This document shows, one piece after another, positions 18,386-25,331 of a DNA stretch of 37,556 bases. A program made the position numbers and the translations under genes. Position 1 is the stretch's first letter. Each line of letters starts with the position of its first letter. Source of the DNA: an uncultured bacterium (GTDB lineage: Bacteria > Cyanobacteriota > Vampirovibrionia > Gastranaerophilales > Gastranaerophilaceae); NCBI GenBank assembly GCA_900320675.1, contig ONTD01000028.1, forward strand, positions 1 through 37,556. The letters run 5' to 3'. Under the pieces are notes generated by a model that was given only the letters and a program-made list of their open reading frames with translations, ran no database searches and was not told where the DNA came from.

Positions 18386-18424
18386 TGTTAAGTTATGTAA
18401 CAAGTTATGTAAATTGTGAAATTA
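18386..18424 (+). promoter_or_regulatory. TGTTAA-box promoter-like element S2
   Basis: TGTTAA-GTTA-TGTAAC-aagttatgtaaattg-TGAAATTA. It ends 57 nt upstream of the 645-aa gene ATG. Confidence 0.6.
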
Positions 18425-18481
18425 GGCTTTCTCAAATGTTTTTATTTAAGTAAGAGAGTATAAAAAGAAAGAGAGCATATT

Positions 18482-20419
18482 ATGGTTGACGGTGTTTCCT
18501 CAGGTATCAAATCCCTAAATCTACAGCAATTGCAGGCACTACAAAAAGCTAAAAGTGTTTCTAAAGGTGCTGAAAAAACCGGCTTTGATAAAGACGGTTC
18601 TATAATGCAGAAAAAAGAGGGTTTGTCTGCAAGTGAACTTTGGAGTGCACAATCAAATAAAAATGCAGGTAAAGCCGAAAATGCTTCCAATGCAGCTAAT
18701 GATGGGGCTAAACTTTACAGTGATCCAAGTAAATTGGAAACTCTTGCTGATATAGAAAAAGCAAGAGCCGAATTGAAGAAAGATTCAAAAGGTTTTGCTA
18801 TTGGCGATAAAAATTCCTTGAATGATGCCAAGACACGATTAAGTTTAATGCAACGCGAAAGTGAACTTAAGGGAATGTACAGGAGCAGTGATCCTAGCAA
18901 TTTATCCCAAGCTCAATTGCAAGAAGCTAAAGATTACAGATCTACAAAAGTCGGTTCGTTTGGTATATCTACATCAAATCAAAAATCATTTGATGCTATA
19001 TCAAACCTAATGGAAAAGAATTGGGCACTTGAAGCTCAACAAAATGGTACTTCCGCTAAAGCTGAAACAAAGCCGACAACAAATAATAATAAGGTAGAAA
19101 CAAATAATAACGCAACAAATGCGGAGAAATCCAATAGTGCAACATCAGCAGATAAAGCTAATAATGCCGAACAAACTGATAATAATGAAAATAACAACAA
19201 CGGTATAGACAGCAGTAAAAACCATGAGGCTGCATCAAAGTCAAATTCGGTTAATACCGGTGCTTGGTCAATAAGTATGTTCAAATCAAGCTATATGGAT
19301 GCGCATACAAAGGCAGCCGAATCCGGCGATCAAATGGATCTAGCGGATAATACTAATGCAAATTCCGCTGAACTTCAACAGGATATTCAAGCGACTAACA
19401 ATGAAATGAAAGCCGAAAATGCAAAGACAACGCAAGATGTAAAGAAAAATCAGCAGGCTATAAAGAAAGAGCAGAAAAATGTTGCCAAGAACGAAAAAGA
19501 AGTTCAAAAAGCGATGAAAGAAATGGAAGCTGCAACTTCCGGAATGGATAGAACCGGAAGTGGTGTAAACAGTGCTAATTCGCTAAAACTTGCTTCTGAC
19601 TTGCAGCCGCAGCCGGCACAACCGGCAGATAGAGCTGACGGGGCAAAAGGTGCTGATCCTGCCGCAGGCGGTGCCGCTCAACCGGCAGCAGCTGCTAATC
19701 AAACGGCTGAAACCGATGCGGCTCAACAAGCTGAACAAGGTCAAGCCCAAGATCAACAAATTAATCAGGCTCAGGCAAAGATGGACAAAGCTTCAAAAGC
19801 AGCTAAAAAATCTACAAAACAAATGACCAAATTGAATACCAAAAGCGGTAAACAAGTTACAAGAATGACGCAGCACGCAAAAGTCAAGACGGCTGAACTT
19901 AATCAGCAAAAGGCTCAGTTAAATACAAATGCTACAACTGCGCAACAAGTAAATACAGTAGGTCAAAGAACCGAAAGCTCAGGTAACTCCGCAGTTAAAA
20001 AAGGTGTAACTGAAGGCGTAATGGGCGGTGTTGAAATTGTTACAGGAAAAGCTATGCAGAACAATCCATATACATCTGCAATTGGTGTAGCATTGGAACA
20101 AAAAGGTAACATGGATGTTGTATCCGGTGCTACAGGTGCATTACAAGGTGCAATAACAGGTGATGCCGGTGCTACTACCCAAGCAAAAGCTACTGATGCA
20201 AATAAACAGACGGTTGTTTCTCTGTCCGATGCCGGAGTTGCAATTTCTACCGGCGGAAGCGTTATTAAAAACGGTGCGTCATTGCAAAAAACTGTAAAAA
20301 CTACCGGTACAACAATTAAAAAGACTCAAAAACAAGAAAAGACTATTGTAAAACAACAAACTCAAGCTAAACAAATGGCACAAGAAGCTGCCGCTAAAAA
20401 AGCTCAAAAATTAAAATAA
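18482..20419 (+). CDS. Hypothetical low-complexity N/Q/A/K/T-rich protein, 645 aa, no signal peptide
   Basis: It is the only long ORF in this interval and all overlapping ORFs look like shadows. It has its own TGTTAA-box promoter (S2) and its own terminator (20449-20481). Confidence 0.7.
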   Translation: MVDGVSSGIKSLNLQQLQALQKAKSVSKGAEKTGFDKDGSIMQKKEGLSASELWSAQSNKNAGKAENASNAANDGAKLYSDPSKLETLADIEKARAELKKDSKGFAIGDKNSLNDAKTRLSLMQRESELKGMYRSSDPSNLSQAQLQEAKDYRSTKVGSFGISTSNQKSFDAISNLMEKNWALEAQQNGTSAKAETKPTTNNNKVETNNNATNAEKSNSATSADKANNAEQTDNNENNNNGIDSSKNHEAASKSNSVNTGAWSISMFKSSYMDAHTKAAESGDQMDLADNTNANSAELQQDIQATNNEMKAENAKTTQDVKKNQQAIKKEQKNVAKNEKEVQKAMKEMEAATSGMDRTGSGVNSANSLKLASDLQPQPAQPADRADGAKGADPAAGGAAQPAAAANQTAETDAAQQAEQGQAQDQQINQAQAKMDKASKAAKKSTKQMTKLNTKSGKQVTRMTQHAKVKTAELNQQKAQLNTNATTAQQVNTVGQRTESSGNSAVKKGVTEGVMGGVEIVTGKAMQNNPYTSAIGVALEQKGNMDVVSGATGALQGAITGDAGATTQAKATDANKQTVVSLSDAGVAISTGGSVIKNGASLQKTVKTTGTTIKKTQKQEKTIVKQQTQAKQMAQEAAAKKAQKLK

Positions 20420-20448
20420 ATGTCATATAAATAATATCATCTGAATTT

Positions 20449-20481
20449 GCAAGGGAATGATACATATCGTTCCCTTGCTTT
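20449..20481 (+). terminator. Intrinsic terminator of the 645-aa gene
   Basis: 12-bp stem GCAAGGGAATGA / TCGTTCCCTTGC (one G-U pair) with a 6-nt loop, followed by TTTATAAATATT. Confidence 0.65.
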
Positions 20482-20499
20482 ATAAATATTAATATCTTG

Positions 20500-20528
20500 T
20501 TTACAACTATTTTTCTCTGTGGTAGCAT
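20500..20528 (+). promoter_or_regulatory. Candidate dedicated promoter of rplF (TTTACA-17-TAGCAT)
   Basis: The hexamers have an exact 17-nt spacer and lie between the upstream terminator and the rplF RBS. The hairpin AGCATA-gtt-TATGCT overlaps the -10. Confidence 0.45.
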
Positions 20529-20597
20529 AGTTTATGCTGGGCGTAATTGGTAGAAAGGTCCGGCGATGTGCACAATATACCATAAGGAGAAAACACT

Positions 20598-21137
20598 ATG
20601 TCACGTATAGGAAAGAAACCTATTGACATTCCGCAAGGAGTCGAAGTAAAAATAGACGGACAATTGGTTACCGCTAAGGGACCTATGGGCGAAGAATCTG
20701 TTAACGTTCGTCCTGAAATTTCCGTAAAAGTAGAAAACAATCAAGTAATTCTTACAAAAGAAGCAACTTCAAGAGAAGCTGATGCTTTGTACGGATTATC
20801 AAGAACTCTTGTAGCAAACGCAGTACACGGCGTAAAAGACGGCTTTGAGAAAAAACTTGAAATCCAAGGCGTAGGTTACCGTGCTAATATGGAAGGTAAA
20901 AACCTTAACCTTGCATTAGGATACTCTCATCCGGTTATTGTTGAACCGCCTGCAGGTATTACAATTACAGTAGAAGCAAATACTAAAATAACTGTAAAAG
21001 GTTCTAATAAACAAACCGTTGGTGATGTTGCAGCGTACATCAGAGCAAAACGTCCGCCTGAAGTATATAAAGGAAAAGGTATTAGATACGAAGGCGAATA
21101 CATTAGACGTAAAGCAGGAAAAGCCGGTAAGAAATAA
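20598..21137 (+). CDS. rplF: 50S ribosomal protein L6
   Basis: Canonical L6 sequence (MSRIGKKPI...GVGYRA...YKGKGIRY). An AAGGAG RBS sits at 20584-20589. Confidence 0.97.
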   Translation: MSRIGKKPIDIPQGVEVKIDGQLVTAKGPMGEESVNVRPEISVKVENNQVILTKEATSREADALYGLSRTLVANAVHGVKDGFEKKLEIQGVGYRANMEGKNLNLALGYSHPVIVEPPAGITITVEANTKITVKGSNKQTVGDVAAYIRAKRPPEVYKGKGIRYEGEYIRRKAGKAGKK

Positions 21138-21439
21138 TGCTTGACAGAGTTCAAAATATTGCATTTAAAGGTGTTTACGATTTGATTGTTCCGAGAGGAA
21201 CATCAAAAGATCGAATAAATTGCAAGGCTGCTGAAATAGAAAAGGTAGTAACAGAAAATGTTGGTGATGAATTGCAACTTATTAGAGTACATCCTTTTGA
21301 TGACAGAATAAGAATAATAAGTAAAATAGATAATCCGTATCTTATTTCAAACTTATTTAATGCTATTGGTGGTGAAGCTTTAGCATTGCAATATTTTAAA
21401 CGGAATGTGCAAGAATATAATTTAAATATACAAGCGTAA
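21137..21439 (+). CDS. Hypothetical 100-aa protein translationally coupled to rplF
   Basis: TAATG stop/start overlap with rplF. The amino-acid composition is balanced and globular-looking. The competing minus-strand ORF 21175-21546 is F/L-rich and looks spurious. I recognise no family. Confidence 0.55.
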   Translation: MLDRVQNIAFKGVYDLIVPRGTSKDRINCKAAEIEKVVTENVGDELQLIRVHPFDDRIRIISKIDNPYLISNLFNAIGGEALALQYFKRNVQEYNLNIQA

Positions 21440-21501
21440 AACAGCCCGCATAAACCCTTGAAGTAGGTTCTCAAGAAGGTTTGGGTAGAAAGGAAAAGAA
21501 A

Positions 21502-21870
21502 ATGATTAAACAAAAAATTAGAAAACCTCAAGTGCAAAAAAGACATCAGTCAATAAGGGTAAAAATTTCAGGAACTCCTGATTGTCCTAGATTGGCTGTT
21601 TATAGAAGTACTAAACATATTTACGCTCAAATTATTGATGACGTGAATAAAGTTACATTAGCTTCTGCTTCTTCTATTGATAAAGAGTTGAAAGAAAAAT
21701 TGGCTCATGGCGGTAATATTGATTCTGCCAAAGTTGTCGGTGAAGAAGTTGCTAAAAGAGCATTAAAAGCCGGTATTAAAGATGTTGTATTTGACAGAGG
21801 CGGTTTCTTGTATCACGGTCGTGTTGCAGCATTAGCTGACGCAGCTCGTGAAGCAGGATTAAACTTCTAA
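21502..21870 (+). CDS. rplR: 50S ribosomal protein L18
   Basis: Canonical L18 ([17 protein letters not shown]...FDRGG..YHGRV.ALA..ARE.GL.F). The start is set at ATG 21502, preceded by AAAGGAAAAG. Confidence 0.95.
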   Translation: MIKQKIRKPQVQKRHQSIRVKISGTPDCPRLAVYRSTKHIYAQIIDDVNKVTLASASSIDKELKEKLAHGGNIDSAKVVGEEVAKRALKAGIKDVVFDRGGFLYHGRVAALADAAREAGLNF

Positions 21871-21890
21871 TTATAAATTTTACAATATAT

Positions 21891-21927
21891 AAAAATCCCC
21901 GATTAAATTTAATCGGGGATTTTTTTT
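21891..21927. terminator. Bidirectional intrinsic terminator between rplR and the acyl-CoA ligase gene
   Basis: Palindrome AAAAATCCCCGATTAAA / TTTAATCGGGGATTTTT with U-runs available on both strands. Confidence 0.85.
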
Positions 21928-21941
21928 GTTTAGTTTTTGTA

Positions 21942-23612
21942 TTAAACAGTAACAAGTTTTTTAACTTCTTTTCGTTTAACCTTATTTGTTGCTGTTCTCG
22001 GTAAAGCTTCCTTATGTACAATAACATTAACAGGACGTTTATAAGGTGTTAATTTCATTGCAAGCTGTTTTACCTCGCCTTTTACAAGTTTGTCGATTTC
22101 TTCATCATTGTATTGAGAAAGAATTTCTTCAGTTGGAACTACGACTGCGGTAACTTCTTCTGTACCGTCTTTACTACCGAAGGTTCTGACGTGCCCAAAT
22201 ACGCAAACTTCTTTGAAGTATGAGCTTTTCTCCAAAACGGCTTCAACTTCTTCAGGGAACACTTTTTTACCGCCTGAAAGAACAATCATATTTTTAATTC
22301 TGCCGGTAATATAAATATGTCCGCCTTTAATTTCGGCAATATCTCCGGTATGCAGCCAGCCATCTTTAGTAATTACCTCGGCTGTCAATTCCGGTTGATT
22401 ATGGTATCCCTTCATTACGGCAGGTCCTTTTACCATCAATTCTCCGGTCTCAGAATCAATTCTTGCGGATAAGCTTTTTAATGCTCTACCTACAGATGCT
22501 AAATCATGGCGTTTATCATAATTCATTGATACCACAGGACTGCATTCTGATAATCCATAACCTTGATATACTTTTATTCCAAGTCTGCTAAACCATTTTC
22601 CAACGTGTATATCTAGCGGAGCGCCACCGGATAAGCATGCTTTAAAGTGTCTGCCGAATTGTTTATGGATATCTCGGAACATCATCCTTCTTATGCGCAT
22701 AAACGGTACAAACTGTGCCAAATTATACTTTATATCAAATATAAATCTCTTAATTGCAGAATAATTTTTAAGTTCTGATTCTATTGATGTCTTTAACAAT
22801 TTCAAAAATGCAGGTACTACAATCATAAAATTAATTTGTTTTTCTCTCATTATTGCCAAAATATCTTTTGGTTTTAGGCTTAGAGCATAGTATACGGAAT
22901 ATCCTAAATTTAAAAATGTAGAGAATCCTACAGTTAATTCAAAAAGGTGGTTCATCGGTAAAATTGATAACATTCTGCAATGCTTTGACGGAATAATATG
23001 ATCCATAACGATCTTTAAATCTTCCAATTGTGAAAATATATTGCTATAGGTTATCTCAACGCCCTTTGGAGATCCTGTTGTTCCTGATGTGTAAATTATA
23101 AGTGCCGTAGACTTTGAACCCATTCTTCGCCATTTTGCATCCTTTGTGTATGGCAGTGCATGTATGCTTGTAAATTCTTGGTTGTATGAAGGTTCATCCA
23201 TTACCAGAATGTTTTTAATAGATGTTATATTTTTTTGAATTTCCTTTGCTGTGTCCAGATAGTGCTGAGAAACTAGCATTACAGTCGGTTCACAGTCAGA
23301 TAAAATTGATGTAAGCTCATATTTTGTTAGTTTAACATCCAACGGAACTACTGTCATGCCGGCTAAAGCTGCAGCAAATAAGCATGCTCCGTACTCCGGC
23401 TTTGATTCTGATAAGATGGTTAATCTATCACCTTTTTTTACTTCAAGGTTTTCTATAAGGTAGGTCCCGAGTTTTCTGGCAAGTACTCCGACTCCTTTGT
23501 ATGTAAACTCTTTCCACCCTAATGGGGTTTTTGTTCCTAATGCTACTCTATCGTTAAAATCTATTGTTTTATCATTAAGTAAAGAAAGTATATTTTTCTG
23601 TCTCAATCCCAT
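21942..23612 (-). CDS. AMP-dependent synthetase/ligase (long-chain acyl-CoA synthetase-like)
   Basis: 556 aa with the AMP-binding motif YTSGTTGSPKGV and the GWLHTGD and GRIKN motifs. Confidence 0.9.
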   Translation of the reverse strand: MGLRQKNILSLLNDKTIDFNDRVALGTKTPLGWKEFTYKGVGVLARKLGTYLIENLEVKKGDRLTILSESKPEYGACLFAAALAGMTVVPLDVKLTKYELTSILSDCEPTVMLVSQHYLDTAKEIQKNITSIKNILVMDEPSYNQEFTSIHALPYTKDAKWRRMGSKSTALIIYTSGTTGSPKGVEITYSNIFSQLEDLKIVMDHIIPSKHCRMLSILPMNHLFELTVGFSTFLNLGYSVYYALSLKPKDILAIMREKQINFMIVVPAFLKLLKTSIESELKNYSAIKRFIFDIKYNLAQFVPFMRIRRMMFRDIHKQFGRHFKACLSGGAPLDIHVGKWFSRLGIKVYQGYGLSECSPVVSMNYDKRHDLASVGRALKSLSARIDSETGELMVKGPAVMKGYHNQPELTAEVITKDGWLHTGDIAEIKGGHIYITGRIKNMIVLSGGKKVFPEEVEAVLEKSSYFKEVCVFGHVRTFGSKDGTEEVTAVVVPTEEILSQYNDEEIDKLVKGEVKQLAMKLTPYKRPVNVIVHKEALPRTATNKVKRKEVKKLVTV

Positions 23613-23649
23613 CTTCTTATCCCTTTAAAATTGTCTAATCTTCCTTACT

Positions 23650-23678
23650 ATAATACAGTTTACAGGGTTAAAAGTCAA
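23650..23678 (-). promoter_or_regulatory. Sigma70-type promoter of the acyl-CoA ligase gene (TTGACT-17-TATTAT)
   Basis: Minus-strand hexamers at 23678-23673 and 23655-23650. Confidence 0.5.
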
Positions 23679-23716
23679 ATAAATTTATTTAAGTTTTTAA
23701 TATTTGCTCGCGGCGT

Positions 23717-23745
23717 AAAAAAAGCGGGTGAATTTCTTCACCCGC
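23717..23745 (-). terminator. Intrinsic terminator of the SLH gene
   Basis: 9-bp stem GCGGGTGAA / TTCACCCGC followed on the minus strand by a 7-nt U-run. Confidence 0.8.
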
Positions 23746-23770
23746 ACACAGTCATAGCAATTAAAATCTA

Positions 23771-25048
23771 TTACTTAGCGATGCTTACATCGTTTAGCAT
23801 AATAACTTTAATTTCTTCACCAGCTTTTGCATGGTAGTTCAAACCTTTTGTGATCAAACCGGTTGCTAAACCAACTGCTGCACCAACAGGAGCACCAATT
23901 GCAATACCTGTACCGATTTTATCAGGGCTAGGAATGAATGCCAAACCAACACCAGCACCAGTACCAACAGCACCGCCGGTTACTGTGCATAATGCTAATT
24001 TACCAGCTGTCATCCAAGGACCTTCTTTTAATTCATAGTTTTTGTAGAACGGTTTAGCGTTCATAGAAACTACTTGGCCGCTAGGAAGAACTGCTTTTGT
24101 GATTTGAGCATAAACTCTAGCATTCTTGTTGAACCATTTTGGATCTGTAATGCTTATTACGTTACCGTAGAATTTAGTACCAGCTGGGAATAATGTAGTA
24201 CCTTCTTCAGTAGCGATATCTTCGTTAGCTACGAATGCAATGCTATCACCTTCGCTAGCTACTTCTGATTTGAATTTTTCATCGAATGCAACGTACATTG
24301 CGTTACCTTCTTTGATTACGTTTCTCTTGTTTGTAATAACAACTTCATCGCTTGGAGCTTTCTTAACAGCGTTCAAGTGTTCAGTTCCTAATACTTTTTC
24401 TAATTCAGAACCAACGTATTGAGATTTAATTAAACCTGCTTTTTGTCTTAATCTGTAAAGAATTACAGCAGCTTCAGCTCTTGATAATACATCGTTTGGT
24501 CTCAATTCTGATGGGTTTGGATAATTTACATAGATACCATAGTTCAATGTTTTAGCGTAAGCATTTTTAGCCCATGCCGGAACTTCTGAAGCATCAATGA
24601 AATTCTTCAATAATGAAGCATCAGCGTTCATATCTTTTGTAATATGGCTGATTACTGATTGTGTTTCAGCTCTTGACATCAATTTGCTTGGTTTGAATGT
24701 TCCATCCGGATATCCGTATACCAAACCTAATTGTTGAGATCTTAGTACATCTTTGTAATAAGAATCAGATGCGTTAACATCACTGAAGATGTTTGAAATT
24801 GTTACGTCAAGATTTTCATTTGTTAAAACTCTTAATAAAGCTTGTACAAATTCTACTCTTGATACTGTACCTTCCGGATTGAATTTTCCGCCGGTAAGGC
24901 TCATAACGTTGTTGTCTACAACGTTATTGATTTCTGTTGAAGCCCAATAATTTGTGCTTACGTCAGAAATTTTTGCAGCAAATGTCGGAACTGTAGTGCT
25001 CAAAGCAACTACGCCAGCTGCAAATAAACCAACTAAAAGTTTTCTCAT
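23771..25048 (-). CDS. Secreted SLH-domain protein with C-terminal glycine-zipper segment
   Basis: Signal peptide (MRKLLVGLFAAGVVALSTTVPTFA), three SLH repeats, a ~170-aa middle domain and a G/A-rich hydrophobic C-terminal region. It has a strong sigma70 promoter, an AAGAGG RBS and a strong terminator. Confidence 0.85.
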   Translation of the reverse strand: MRKLLVGLFAAGVVALSTTVPTFAAKISDVSTNYWASTEINNVVDNNVMSLTGGKFNPEGTVSRVEFVQALLRVLTNENLDVTISNIFSDVNASDSYYKDVLRSQQLGLVYGYPDGTFKPSKLMSRAETQSVISHITKDMNADASLLKNFIDASEVPAWAKNAYAKTLNYGIYVNYPNPSELRPNDVLSRAEAAVILYRLRQKAGLIKSQYVGSELEKVLGTEHLNAVKKAPSDEVVITNKRNVIKEGNAMYVAFDEKFKSEVASEGDSIAFVANEDIATEEGTTLFPAGTKFYGNVISITDPKWFNKNARVYAQITKAVLPSGQVVSMNAKPFYKNYELKEGPWMTAGKLALCTVTGGAVGTGAGVGLAFIPSPDKIGTGIAIGAPVGAAVGLATGLITKGLNYHAKAGEEIKVIMLNDVSIAK

Positions 25049-25095
25049 CTTTTACTACCTCTTTTTTTTACTAACTACTCTAGTAATAAACTTTT

Positions 25096-25124
25096 ATCTT
25101 CCTGTAGTATATATTAGAAAAAAT
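25096..25124 (-). promoter_or_regulatory. Sigma70-type promoter of the SLH gene (TTTACA-17-TATACT)
   Basis: Minus-strand hexamers at 25124-25119 and 25101-25096. Confidence 0.55.
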
Positions 25125-25165
25125 AATTTGTAAAGTCGTTTATTTTTTTTAATATAAATGTATGA

Positions 25166-25204
25166 TGTTAAATTTTGTAACAAAATCAATTATACATGAA
25201 ATTA
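25166..25204 (+). promoter_or_regulatory. TGTTAA-box promoter-like element S4 (no downstream ORF)
   Basis: TGTTAA-ATTT-TGTAAC-aaaatcaattataca-TGAAATTA. The second hexamer and the 8-mer are identical to S2, at identical spacing. Confidence 0.6.
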
Positions 25205-25252
25205 TACAAAAAATATATACTTATTATATATAAGAGAACATTAAATAAACAC

Positions 25253-25265
25253 GAGAGAGAGAGAG
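25253..25265. repeat. (GA)6 dinucleotide repeat, with a second (GA)4 at 25291-25298
   Basis: Read directly: GAGAGAGAGAGAG and GAGAGAGA. Confidence 0.85.
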
Positions 25266-25331
25266 TATTATTTAAATCCGTTTTAATTAAGAGAGAGAAA
25301 AATTCCTATTCCTACCTTCCTAAAAAAGATT

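Noticed and set aside
18442-19826. ORFs overlapping the 645-aa gene: 18442-18690, 18715-18900 and 19036-19284 on the minus strand, and 19590-19826 on the plus strand.
   Set aside because: All lie within the long low-complexity CDS and lack start contexts. They are typical shadows of A/Q/K-rich coding sequence.
20487-20528. Similarity of the rplF promoter region to box variant S5 (TATTAATATcTTGTTTA ... TAGCAT).
   Set aside because: The spacer from the TGTT hexamer to TAGCAT is 19 nt, versus 15-16 in the boxes. The sequence reads cleanly as a sigma70 TTTACA-17-TAGCAT promoter.
21175-21546. A minus-strand 123-aa ORF antisense to the 100-aa ORF and the start of rplR.
   Set aside because: It has F/L/S-rich low-information composition and no RBS. 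It overlaps the rplR start and RBS, so it is a shadow of the plus-strand genes.
25253-25298. The GA dinucleotide repeats as a CRISPR-like or phase-variation element.
   Set aside because: These are two short tracts with no repeat-spacer periodicity. They are not inside or directly upstream of a CDS whose frame or promoter spacing they could switch.
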